From NCBI GenBank assembly GCA_030390025.1, contig CM059432.1, positions 121,088,001-121,152,000 on the forward strand: a stretch of 64,000 nucleotides of DNA, given 5' to 3'. Below the pieces are notes generated by a model, which was not told the origin of the DNA, made no database searches, and saw nothing but the letters and a program-made list of their open reading frames with translations. This stretch comes from Squalus acanthias (lineage: Eukaryota). Each line of letters starts with the position of its first letter. The first letter of the stretch is position 1. The translations under genes and the position numbers were made by a program. Below, piece by piece: positions 22,530 through 34,741 of this stretch.

Positions 22530-25500
22530 CTTCCTTCCTTCCTTCCTCCCTCCCTCCCTCCCTTCCTTCCTCCCTTCCTTCCTTCCTTCCTTCCTTCCTC
22601 CCTTCCTTCCTTCTTCTCCTGTGATGACCCCAGAACCTGTAGTGGCAAGGGCTGCCCCCTTATGATGGCCAATTTATGGAGTAGGCAACAGACCACCACG
22701 AAATAGGACACCTGATCTGGCATGTACTGGAGGGCTTCTCCCGAGCAATCAAGGCAGTGGAATCATTGCTTGAGCACCCCAATGGTCTGCTCAATGAGAT
22801 TCCTTGTGGCAGCATAGCTCACATTATATGATTGCTGGCCATGAGTCATGTGGTTGCGGAGAGGAGTCATCAGCCACGTGCAGAGCAGATAGCCCCTGTC
22901 TCCGAGCTGCCACCATTGGGTTTGACGTGGTGGCTGGAAGATTGCTGGCACACTGGACTGGCACAGGAATGAAGGCATCATGACTGCTGCCAGGATACCG
23001 AGCATTCACCATCATGATGCGCTAGGCATGGTTGCACAACAACTGCACATTAAGTGAGAGGTAGCCTTTGCGGTTACGGAACATCTCAAGCTTGATATGT
23101 GGTGCCCACAAAGCCAAGTGTGTGCAGTCGATGGTGCCCTGCACCACGGGGAAACAACAATATCCTGGTACAGCCACATGCGCGCTCCTCCTACTTCTCA
23201 CTGTTCAGGGAGAAGACAATTAAGTCCTTTCTCCTGGAGTACAGAGCCTCTGTGACCTCCCGGATGCAGTGATGGATGGCGAAATAGGAGATGTTCGCTA
23301 TGTCTTCTGCTGAAGACTGGAAGGATCCGGCGGTAAAAAAATTCAAGGCCACGGTCACCTTGAGGGCCACTGGCAGCGCCGTCATCGGCTTGTTCTGAGG
23401 CTGCAGGTCTGGTTGCAGGAGATGGCAGAGTTCTGTGACTACCTCCTTGGTGAAGCGGAATCTCCGAATACACTGCTTTTCGCTCAAGTGCAGGTAGAAG
23501 TCCTCTCGGAAGGCCCTAGGTGGGTAAGGCTGCCTGCTGAGAGCCCTCCTCTTCCTCCTCTTCTTTGCTGCCTCTGCTCCATCTCCCTGTCATACTCGAG
23601 GGTGAGGGGGAACTACAAGTAGAGCCCCCATGACTGTGAGCAAGTGGTGTTAGCAGAACTCTTTAAATGAGAAGCAAGGCCTTCTCCACTTGCAGCAACA
23701 CTCCCTGTCACCTCAGCAATAGAAATAACTGTAGAAAGCGCCAAGCAGTTGCACAAACTTACACACAGCCAGTAGAAATCAAAAAGCAAGTCAGCTACAA
23801 GTTGTTGCTGATCCCTTTAACTAGCACTGGTGGGGGATCCTTCCTGCTGCTGAACGCACATTCAGCTGATCGTGATTTGGAGAGGGCGTGCAGTCGAGCG
23901 GCGACGTCCAAACGGCGACATTGCACGCTGATTGACATCACGATCTGCCTCTTTTCCATATCTGCAACGACCGCAGGCAACGGCCGTGCTGCCGACCTGC
24001 TCAAAATGGCAGATGCCATTTTATCATCCAAACTGGCCTTCATAGGCATATGGCATCTAGGTAGGCATACATATGCTCTCGTGGACTGTGGGTCCTCCCA
24101 CCCTGAAGAAGGTCTCATGACTGATTAAACCTTAGGGCCTCTTAGGGCAGCACAGTCTGCCTCCAGCACCTTTCCCCCGCAGTCCAACTCTGGCCCTAGC
24201 TCCGGCACTGTGAGCCAGATTGGTTTGCAACAAGTAAAATGTTTAGTTTTAACAAATGATACTGTTAAAGGAAGATACCTTAGGTATAAACAAATCTCCC
24301 TCCCATCTGTCTTCTGATCCTTCTCTTCCTGCTCCAAAACAAGCACATTGACAGGTCCACCCATCTTCTGCATTGTAGTTGTGGCAACTTGAATTGCAGC
24401 TGCCAAGCGATAGATAGAAAATATGGAGCCGAAACAATGGATAACATTGCAAGCGTGCAGCCAAGCCAGAAGCCATGCAGCAGAAAATATGCAAAACTTC
24501 CAATTAGAAACTGATCATTGCAGGAAAACTAGCTAAGGTACCAATGGCAAACAACTTTAAGAGTACAGTCAACAAAATGGCTGACTCATCCTTATTTCCA
24601 GTGCCCATTTTAAATAAAGACTTAATACTTCAGCACTTTGCTGGCAATGAACCTGGGAAATGGCAACACCACTTACTTGGGGGTAGATTTCCACATGTTC
24701 AGTTCCATCGGCGGGAGGTGGTCGGGACCCATTGCCATATTGTCAGCAAGCTGCTTGCACATTTCAAGTACCTTACCGATCAGAGAGGGTTGAAAATTCG
24801 GCAGCTCCAGTGTACTGCTAATTTAAAGGGTGGGGGGCGGGAAGGCAATCCTGTGGGAAAAGGCCATGGAGGGTAGGTCATAACGGGGTGGGGGGCCGGG
24901 GGGAGGTGGGATTCTATGGGGACAGGAAGAGCATTAAATCATTTTAAATGTTTAATTTTCCTGTTTTTGAGCGACTGGCAGTGGTCCCTTTAAAGAAAAC
25001 TGGTTAAGCCACTCAACACAAGTACCACCACTCATCCCACCCATTGGTTCCTGAATATTGTATCAGGGTCTTATTGGTGTTATAGAACCCCAATTTGCAT
25101 GGTCTAATTAGGTCCTTCTCTGTTTTCAGTGGGCACCTGAACCACCAAGAGGGCAGCCATCCAGAATTCGGCAGGAACAAGGCCATAAGTTCTGCACTCC
25201 AATTTTCCTTGTGCTACCTACCACCTTATTTCTTCCCAAAAGACAAAGACAAATGTCATCTCCTTGGTATCCATTTGAGTAATTTTACCTGCTTTCATGA
25301 GTGCATCCCGTGAAACATGTGATTACCCTCTGTGCATAAAACAAGGCCTGGCACAAAATGCCAGTCTCTGCTTATCAGAGCCTAATGGCTGCTCGCTTGA
25401 TTTTCTTCCCCCCCACCCCCGCTTGCCCGTTTGGGGGACTTGCCATTGTACCTTTAAGCCCCATGACATTCTGCCACCACCACCATCTCCTGGAAATAAA

Positions 25501-25985
25501 CAACACAGTAGGTGCAAAGCTTGGTGCAAATAGCCGCAGATTGTGTCTATGCTCAATGCTGGTATTTTACCTTCACACTTTCGATATATTTGAATTGAGT
25601 AGCCACTTGCAGTGTTGACTATGTGAATGATAGATACATCCAGCCACTCTCAAAACAATCAATCTTTCGTCCCATGTCAAAGGCTTTGGCTTGTGAATTT
25701 TTAACCCTGTATTGCGACAGCAGTTCCTGCCCTAACTAGTATTACTTTCCATCCTGTCTTATGAATTATTTTTGATTTGATTTTCAGTGACCAGTAGGTA
25801 CAAATTCAATTCACTAGGCTGGCTGAAAAGCATCTTCTAATTCTGGTCCAGGTTTCTCTCTTGGTTTTAATCAAAATAAGGATAAGCATCAGATTTTTGA
25901 GCTATTGCTTTCTAGGACTGGTTTAGGTTCCACCGGGCAAAGCAATTTTCTCTCCGCCTCTGAAGCTGTGAGCACAGATTTAACC

Positions 25986-26850
25986 CTTCTTCTTCTTACG
26001 TATGGTAGTAGCAAAGCAAATCAAATGTCAATATCTAAGTCAGATATCCAGGCCAAAACTTCTGGTGTAACAGCGTGGATATCTTGTAGGCTGCCTGCGA
26101 ATTTCCTCTGAGGGCAGTGCTCAATGATGTGCTCCAGGGTCTGATTAGGAGCTCCACAGTCGCATGATGGGGATGCTTTAATCTTCCATCTATGGAGAAG
26201 GTGGCAGCGTCTACCATGGCCGGTTCTGAGGTGGTTGATGGTTGTCCACTGTTTGTGAGGAAGGTTTGATCCTTCAGGTTGTACTGTGGGGTTCTCTATA
26301 AGGAATCCATTCCGTATGTCGCAATTCTTCCAAGCATTTCACCATCGCTCATCAAGGCTGAGGGGAGATCACTGAAGGGCTTCGGCGATGGTCCAAAATG
26401 GCCTTCTAGATTTGAGACGGGTTGGTGGTAGGTTGTTCAAGTCGGCCTGGATCGGCATGTCTTTGCTGGTGTAGTGGTTGTATTCTCTGGAGACTGCATA
26501 TTCGCGGCGTAGGTGTGGTGGTGCGATGTTTGCAAGCACGGGCAGCCAAGGTGTTGGTGTCGATAAAAGCATCCCGGTGATAATTCTCATAGTAGAATTC
26601 AGCTGGACATCAACGGATTTGACATGCGGACTTGATAGTCATGCCGGAGAGCAGTACTCCGCTGTAGAGTACACCGGGGCAAGTGCTGCCGTGGAAGGTT
26701 TGAGCGTCTGCTCCCCATGTGGATCCGGCGAGTTTCTGGATCAAGCTGACCCTACGCCTTAGTTTCTTCCCATGGTTCTGGAGATGTTGTCTATAAGACA
26801 GGGTGCGATTGAGCGTGACTCCTAAATAGGAGGAATTTTGGCATGATTTA
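25986..26850 (-). mobile_element. Vingi/Ingi-like LINE 3' fragment
   Basis: Minus strand gives YLGVTLNRTLSY..HL, VYSTAEYCSPAW and MRIITGMLLSTPTPWLPVLANIAPPHLRR, with an (AAG)n tail. GATTTAACC / GATTTAAACC are possible TSD copies. Confidence 0.7.
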
Positions 26851-29190
26851 AACCTGAGTTAATTGATCACAGCCAGGTTGGCAGTAAAAGCGTCAGTGAC
26901 TTCAGGTTCAAAGGGGACAGGGTTCCTACGGCTGATCACTACCCAGCGACCCTGCTGTGAAACTCAGGTATGTGGGAAGTCGTGTGAGGAGTGGATTGAG
27001 CTCTGCTTTGATGCTCCTTCCCACATCCCACATATAGCCTGCCAATCCTGACACACACACAGAATGAACACTGGCCTGAGGTACCAGAAAACATCACACA
27101 CCCATCTCAACTGAATCTCAACGTGAATCAGTGCCTACAGAAGGGGAGAGAATCTAGGGAGAAAACAATTTGTTTTAAAAAAAAAACTAGCAGTAGAATA
27201 CTAATGTCAAAGGAGTGGAATAGGGTAATAGGGATCGGTCATACTTTAACTGATTTTTTATTCTCAGAATGCCACCAGAGGTAAGACCAGCTGGATTTTG
27301 CCCTTATTTCTGCATCAAATTAAATTTTTTATTAAGTTAATTAATACACCTTTCTCCTCTCATGCATAACTGAAATCCTGCCCTATGTGGAATACAATTC
27401 TAGCCACCTATTTTAATGTAATTTGGGGAAAGGGCACAATAATAAAGCTTATTCTTTGCAACCACATACAGGGCTTTATTAGTCCACTGGGTAACTCCTG
27501 GTATGCAGCGAGTGTTCTTGCTCCAAATATTGCACTGCCAAAAACATCCCAAATAAGTGATCCTCTTGAGCAATGGATTCTCTTTAAATGGAATCCACTC
27601 TCTGTAGTTGCTAATAAAAGAAATACGGACGCTCACTCTATGGCTGGCTGCTGGTAAAAAAATTTGGAACTTACCTGCAACGCACTCCCTCGTTAACTAC
27701 TCAGGTGGATGGTAAAAGAGATGGAAATAGATTTACACCAGGAATTTCCTCAGATGTTCTGCTGCTCTTCCACTGAAACATCGGCATAAATCTCACTCAC
27801 GTGCGTAAACGGGGTTTGAGACGAAGTTACGCCGGTAGAAGCCCGAAGGAAATTTCCAATAAAGGTCTTTGTTTGTCTGTGAGCCTCTCTCCCTCTCCTC
27901 ATTCCACTTTTGTATGATGTGAGGATATATAATATCATCATGGACATCAAATTCTCAAAAGTGAGAAGTCGCACAACACCAGGTTATAGTCCAACAGTTT
28001 TATTTGAAATCATAAGCTTTCGGAGCAGCTGCTCCTTCGTCAGGTGAAGTGAAGAAATACAAATGGGCACAGCATATATAGACAGAGAACACTGATGTGC
28101 AGAGAACAATTCCAGACGACTACAGTTAATCTTTCTAACTGCCCTTTATCACACCTCAGCAGAGAGACAATCAGGGCAATCAAATGATCCAAAGACATTA
28201 CATCAAAGACGATAGCAAAATACAACAAAGACAATGAGGTGGGGTCACAGGGGGTTTAATGTGTCAGATGCTGCAGTCTGTATGGAAAACCAAAAACTTT
28301 AAACTTTTTACTTTTTTTACTGGAAATCACATCTGTGAACAAGCCAACGACGACTCGAGTCTGGATGACTCTACGTCAGGTGAGGTTACATGTAGCGTGG
28401 CATGAACCCAAGATCCCGGTTGAGGCCGTCCTCATGGGTGCGGAACTTGGCTATCAGTTTCTGCTCAATGATTTTGCGTTGTCGTGTGTCTCAAAGGCTG
28501 CCTTGGAGAATGCTTACCCGCAGATCCGAGGCTGAATGTCCTTGACTGCTGAAGTTTTCCCCGACTGGGAGGTAACACTCCTGCCTGGCGATTGTTGCGC
28601 GTTGTCCGTTCATACGTTGTCGCAGTGTCTGCATGGTCTCGCCGATGTACCATGCTCCGGGGCATCCTTTCCTGCAACGTATGAGGTAGATAACGTTGGT
28701 CGAGCCACATGAGTATGTACCATGTACCTGGTGGGTAGTGTCCTCACGTGTGATGATGGTATCTGTGTTGATGATCTGGCATGTCTTGCAGAGGTTGCCG
28801 TGGCAGGGTTGTGTGGTGTCGTGGTCGCTGTTCTCCTGAAAGCTGGGTAATTTGCTGTGAACGATGGTACTTTTGAGGTTAGGCGGCTGTTTGAAGGTGA
28901 GTATTGGAGGCGTGGGGATGGCCTTAGCGAGGTGTTCGTCGTCATCAATGACATGTTGAAGGCTGCGAAGAACATGACGTAGTTTCTCCGCTCCGGGGAA
29001 GTACTGGACGACGTAGGGTACTCTGTTGGTTGTGTCCCGTGTTTGTCTTCAGAGGAGGTCTATGCGATTTTTCGCTGTGGCCCGTCGGAACTGTCGATCG
29101 ACGAGTCGAGCGTCATATCCCGTTCTTACGAGGGCATCTTTCAGCGTCCGTAGGTGTCCATCGTGTGTCTCGAAGGCCGCCTTGGAGAAC

Positions 29191-29965
29191 GGACACCTAC
29201 GGACGCTGAAATACGCCCTCGTAAGAACGGGATATGATGCTCGACTCGTCGATCGACAGTTCCGACGGGCCACAGCGAAAAATCGCATAGACCTCCTCAG
29301 AAGACGAACACGGGACACAGCCAACAGAGTACCCTACGTCGTCCAGTACTTCCCCGGAGCGGAGAAACTACGCCATGTTCTTCGCAGCCTTCAACATGTC
29401 ATTGATGACGACGAACACCTCGCTAAGGCCATCCCCACGCCTCCACTACTCGCCTTCAAACAGCCGCCTAACCTCAAAAGTACCATCGTTCGCAGCAAAT
29501 TACCCAGCTTTCAGGAGAACAGCGACCACGACACCACACAACCCTGCCACAGCTACCTCTGCAAGACATGCCAGATCATCAACACAGATACCATCATCAC
29601 ACGTGAGGACACTACCCACCAGGTACATGGTACATACTCATGTGACTCGGCCAACGTTGTCTACCTCATACGTTGCAGGAAAGGATGCCCCGGAGCATGG
29701 TACATCGGCGAGACCATGCAGACACTGCGACAACGTATGAACGGACACCGCGCAACAATCGCCAGGCAGGAGTGTTACCTTCCAGTCGGGGAACACTTCA
29801 GCAGTCAAGGACATTCAGCCTCTGATCTTCGGGTAAGCGTTCTCCAAGGTGGCCTTCGAGACACATGACAATGCAAATTCATCGAGCAGAAACTGATAGC
29901 CAAGTTCTGCACCCATGAGGACGGCCTCAACCGGGATCTTGGGTTCATGTCATGCTACATGTAAC
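29191..29965 (+). pseudogene. Penelope RT-thumb/linker and GIY-YIG endonuclease C-terminal region (mirror copy on minus strand at ~28385-29159)
   Basis: AFKQPPNLKSTIVRSKL, C..C..C linker, CDSANVVYLIRC...WYIGET...LRQRMNGH, PVGEHF. There is a premature stop at 29866. Confidence 0.88.
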
Positions 29966-30304
29966 CCCACCTGACGTAGAGTCATCCAGACTCGAGTCGT
30001 CGTTGGCTTGTTCACAGATGTGATTTCCAGTAAAAAAAGTAAAAAGTTTAAAGTTTTTGGTTTTCCATACAGACTGCAGCATCTGACACATTAGACCCCC
30101 TGTGACCCCACCTCATTGTCTTAGTTGTATTTTGTTACAGTCTTTGATGTAATGTCTTCCTGGTTGGAGTTGATTGCCGTGATTGTCTCTCTGCCGAGGT
30201 GTGATAAAGGGCAGTCAGAAAGATTAACTGTAGTCGTCTGGCATTGTTCTCTGCACAGGCATTGTTCTCTGTCTATATATGCTGTGCCCATTTGTATTTC
30301 TTCA

Positions 30305-30352
30305 CTTCACCTGACGAAGGAGCAGCCGCTCCGAAAGCTTGTGATTTCAAAT
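30305..30352 (+). ncRNA. Minimal hammerhead ribozyme motif (mirror copy at ~28003-28050 on minus strand)
   Basis: CTGACGA-A-GGAGC agcc GCTCC-GAAA-GCTTGTGATTTC, with catalytic core boxes and a 5-bp stem II. Confidence 0.7.
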
Positions 30353-31465
30353 AAAACTGTTGGACTATAACCTGGTGTTGTGCGACTTCTCACTTTTGTC
30401 CACCCCAGTCCAACACCGGCATCTCTGCATCATGGTCACCATCATATTCTCACTTAGACATGGGAGTTATTTCAAGCCTATAATCTCATTTCAGGGTGCA
30501 GACAAAGTTAATACATGTTGGAACTTTATTCTCACGGTTTATGGTGTCATCTGAACTCTCAGGAGCACAGTCACAAAATAGGTTTGAATGAAAAAGGCCC
30601 TTCAGTCCATTTGATCTCATCCATCAAGAATACCAACTCTATTGTCTTCTCATTGCAGCAGCTGATCTTTTCTTAAATGAAGCCAGTTCAGGGCCATGTT
30701 TCAGCATTTGATTGGGCATTATAGCCCAGTTCTTGTTCACATTGTCTATTGCTGCCTTACATTGTTTTTGACATGATTAGTGATGAAGCAACTAATACCT
30801 CTGGCTCTCATTCAACTCAGCCCTTGGCAAGTTCTATACCACCCATGGACTACATGACCTGTTTTTACTTCCAATGTATGCCTTTCCACATATTGAACTT
30901 CAATGGTTTACTGATCAATCTAGGTGCAAATCTTGACGAGCTCTCTTTGTACGATATTCTTCGGAGTCCAAAGTCCCATTAGTCTGGTCTGATCTGTGAA
31001 ATTCACTAACTTGCATTGAGACTGCAAATCCTGATTATTTACGTAAACCAGGATCAGGCTTGTTCCCATGTCAAGGCCCCAGGGGCACCAAATTCAATAT
31101 CTCCCTCCATTTGACAAGCATCCCTTATGCCTACCATTTGCTTCTTTCCCATTAGCCAGTTATTAATCTGTATCCGTGCCTTACCCTTGATGCTCACTCA
31201 GTGTAGTTTTGTAAACGAGTCTCCTATGTTGTACTTTATGTGATTACCACTTTGTAATCCCTTTGGAGGATCCAATGCTCTCCATACATTTTGTTGATTC
31301 ATTTATTTCAGTTTTGAAACTATGTTGAGGTGGTCATTTACATGTGCAGTACATCAGGAAATCCTGTGCAAAACTTACAGTTCTGATTTTGTCCCGGTGC
31401 TGCACTTTTCCATTTTACAGAAACGCTGTCTTCAGCATAAGTCTTAGCGGGGCATCAGTAAGTTC

Positions 31466-31467
<2 letters not shown>

Positions 31468-31497
<30 letters not shown>
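31468..31497. repeat. (TG)n microsatellite
   Basis: About 15 TG units. Confidence 0.95.
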
Positions 31498-31499
<2 letters not shown>

Positions 31500-33035
31500 G
31501 GGGTTGCTGTCTCCTGGAAATAATGTGCATCGTTGAAAAATAAGTTACCTGGGCCTGGACTTTTCCTCAAGGAATGCGGGTTGTTGCATAATTCACAGAT
31601 GTGTGAGCAATTATAGAGACGCATTGCACATTACCGGATCCCTAGTTAGGCCGTTCAGCAGGCATGGTGTCGACAATAACTGAGCTCAGCACTCCGACGC
31701 ACCTGCTGTAAAGTTATTAATAAAGCCGCTCAGAGATCTGGTATGAACTGGTTACTCCCTGTGGTCTCTGGTGTATCGGGTAAGCTGACATTGCACCTGG
31801 GCTTCCCGAAAATCAAACGGCTGTTTGACACAGATCAAGCAGTAAGAAATCACCATTATGCTGGGAGCTTCTCCTGCTTTTGTTATTTTAGGCATCTGCA
31901 CAACAGATGAGATTTGCAAGTGAATTTGTTATTGCTTAATTGCTCCCCAGAGGAGCAGAGTGTCAGTAAAGATTCCTACTGTCTCTTGCATAATGATTAA
32001 AAATGGAAAAAGTGGGATGGCTGAGGTAAAGGTCACTAAATAATCTTCCCTTATTGAAACAAATAGAATTAATGGAAGCACTCCATCTTTCCTGCATTAC
32101 TGCAGGGATTTTTTTGCTCTTCAGAATAAGTGGATACAATTATATTCTGCTGCATGTAAAGTTAGCTTTGTTTCCAGTTTCTCAGCTTCGATGGCAATGA
32201 AAGCTAATCACTTGCCTGCTTGCCTCATTCTTGAAATGAAACGAACTGCTAAGCAAGATATAATTACCGTCTGTGTTATTGACAGCTGCTGAATATGTGC
32301 TTGCCCACAGAGAGGGGAAAAAAGTACTCAATTACAAAGAAATACAAAACCCAACCTTCAGTAACTCTGTGATGTTCCCCTATCTTCTTCTATCTTTATC
32401 AAAAGTGGGAAGGTTATTGAGGAATGGAGCCAACGCACAGAGTAAGTGGCATAGTCATGGCGACCAAGCATACATTCCATGTGGATTTGCTGCTGCTCCG
32501 TGAACTCACGGAATCAGAAACAACAGAGAAGTGGAAGGCAGAGTGAAAGTGCTGCCATTACTCATTTTAGCAAACTGCTGAGAAATATAATGAAGCCCTT
32601 TTTGAAAATTGCTATTGGAGCTGTGTCTGGAATATGATTGGATTGTTTTGTTGATAGCATCTTGCAGCTTGAAACGGTTAAAGGTATGCTATTGGGCTGG
32701 TCACCATTCAAAAAACATGTGGTAGTCACTCTGTCAGTTATCTGTGCAAGAATGTCAAGAGGTGTACGACAGCTCTGCAACAAAAATAATGAAAGTTGCC
32801 AGCATCCTTCCTGTAATTTAATTGAACTGCTGAGATCTGTCCTGCAAAACTCACTCGTCCCCAGCTCTTCGTAGCCCTTCCATGTAAGATGATGATGTCT
32901 ATCCATAATACATTAAAAAGTCTTTTGTCGAGTGTGCATTTCCTGGTTGCCACGTTTATTTCTGTGCTACGATTTTGTCATGCCTGGAATCACACTTGAG
33001 TGTATAGCTCGGCATTACTCACTGTAGAGTATAAA

Positions 33036-33468
33036 TCCCTGCTTGATTGGCACCCCATTCACCACCTTAAACATTCACTCCCCCCACCACTGGCGCACCG
33101 TGGCTGCAGTGTGTACCATCTACAAGATGCACTGCAGTAACTCGCCAAGGCTTCTTCCACAGCACCTCCCAATCCCGCGACCTCTTCCACCTAGAAGGAC
33201 AAGGGCAGCAGGCACATGGGAACACCACCAACTGCAAGTTCCCCTCCAAGTCACATACCAGCCTGACTTGGAAATATATCGCCGTTCCTTCATCGTCGCT
33301 GGGTCAAAGTCCTGGAACTCCCTTCCTAACAGCACTGTGGGAGTACCTTCACCACACGGACTGCAGCGGTTCAAGAAGGCAGCTCACCACCATCTTCTCA
33401 AGGGCAACTAGGGATGGGCAATAAATGCTGGCCTTGCCAGTGATGCCCACATCCCAGGAACCAAAAAT
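33036..33468 (+). mobile_element. LINE 3' end (CR1/L2 group, clade uncertain)
   Basis: ORF-like sequence IHS.HH.RTVAAVCTIYKMH...RSFIVAGSKSWNSLP plus a 3' UTR. Further copies at 37573, 56380 and 57247. Confidence 0.75.
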
Positions 33469-34037
33469 AACTTACCAGCATACTTACCTTTCAGTTCTCC
33501 CGCCACTAGGTGACATTACTGTGCCTGCCAATTGCCTCTCCCAGGTCCAGTCCTCCCAATTCTATATGGCACTTGCTCTTTTCCAGGTCCATTTAGGCTA
33601 TGCCTTTGCTTCCTGCTGCCCTGAGACTAACTCCGACTTTTTCCTTCCCCCTGTCACCTTCAGGCTGCCTGTCCTTGCCAGCATGATCTACCTCTTTGAC
33701 CACTCCCATGTCGCCTAACTATTTTTGTGAGTTTATCAGCTGTTTAAGTTTGAATCCCTGCCTCCCCCGATGCCTCCCCAGCGTGACCTCCCGTCTCAGC
33801 CCTGGGCTTCGAACCTCCCTGCTGAAGCTGCCTCTTCAGCCCCAAAGTCTCAATTTATAATAAAAACAGTTTTCGCAGAATAATGAAGGGAGTTGCAAAT
33901 TTCAATTCCCAAAACGTTGGTAAAAATCCTAGAATACCATGTATTAAAAACGGAATTTGACTTATTCAGTCACTGTAATTCGTGGACAGTGATGTTACGC
34001 CCTGCATAGCTTAACACCTCTATTGTTATAAAACAGT

Positions 34038-34741
34038 GGGGTTAATTATCAGGTGAAGCACATATCGAGTGGGCGGTGGGCAGTGGGCGGAGTGTCCACT
34101 CAGCCCTCCCGATGAGGCCCACGGGAGACCTGGGCAATTTTTGTGGCTGGGCCTCATTTACAATGATTAGGCAAGCTGTCATCACGCTCCTTGTAGGCAT
34201 CTTACCGATTGTGAAAGTGGGAAATACAGCCGATCTTGATGGGCCTGCGGCAATATCTTAAAGCGGAGGGATGGAAGAGTCGGGAGTGAAGCAGTTTTGA
34301 ATAGCAGGAGAATTTTTGGGGGCACATACAGCAGCAAGGAGAGGAAATATTAGATGCCTTTAAGGCTTAAAACACACAACGAACTGCAGCAAAAATGAGT
34401 GACAGACCTGCTTCACACATCCCTTTAAATACCACTGGAAATGGCTACCTCCCAACTGGTACCGCCCAAGGTTTGTGGCCGGTTCGAGGAACTAGCGATA
34501 ACAATGTGGGTAGAGATGAAAACAGTGTTGGGATCCTGACAACGCCACTTGACCACAACTTACATATATTAATCGGGCCCCTGCCTATTTCCGACAGGGG
34601 CACTGCTGCCTGAATTGAAATCTGCTGAAAAATCAGAACTCCAATAGTAAGTCAGCGATCCAGTTTGTTATATGATTTTGGTTCTACTGCTGCTCCACAT
34701 TTAGGCATAAATGGGATGGTAGTGAGATGAAAATCTGCCCC
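34038..34741. mobile_element. Degenerate Harbinger-type MITE
   Basis: Imperfect termini GGGGTTAATTATC / GAAAATCTGCCCC. Confidence 0.4.

Larger units (their letters stand above)
19902..23631 (-). pseudogene. Harbinger (PIF/IS5-like) DDE transposase, disrupted
   Basis: Motifs QCIRRFRFTKEVVTELC, ALKVTVALNFF.AGSFQ, VQGTIDCTH, NRKGY.SLNVQ, NARYPGSSHDAF, GDRGY, IEQTIGVLKQ, VVVCCLLH. Confidence 0.88.
19652..24060 (-). mobile_element. Harbinger element (transposase on minus strand, end of convergent Myb gene at left), interrupted
   Basis: Collinear in reverse with 48870-50720. 19652-19740 encodes AAATGGALHRSTRVGKGTRKTDTKGMHK versus ALHRSTRTGKGTRKTGTKEMDK there, and the intergenic sequence is shared. 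Confidence 0.85.
27956..30439. mobile_element. Penelope-like element in inverted arrangement (arms 27956-29159 and 29191-30398, plus tail)
   Basis: The arms are reverse complements and each encodes a GIY-YIG domain. A probable TSD is CATCAAATTCT (27945-27955) / CATCATATTCT (30440-30450). Confidence 0.92.

Noticed and set aside
29026..29868. 280-aa ORF as a novel GIY-YIG fusion protein
   Set aside because: Its first ~55 residues are the antisense arm plus the palindrome spacer. It has a non-ATG start and a premature stop.
27956..30398. DNA transposon with long TIRs, or DIRS element
   Set aside because: The arms encode a Penelope GIY-YIG domain and hammerhead motifs, with no transposase or tyrosine recombinase.
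32273..32953. Short ORFs as host exons
   Set aside because: They show no recognisable domain and no consistent splice-site pair.
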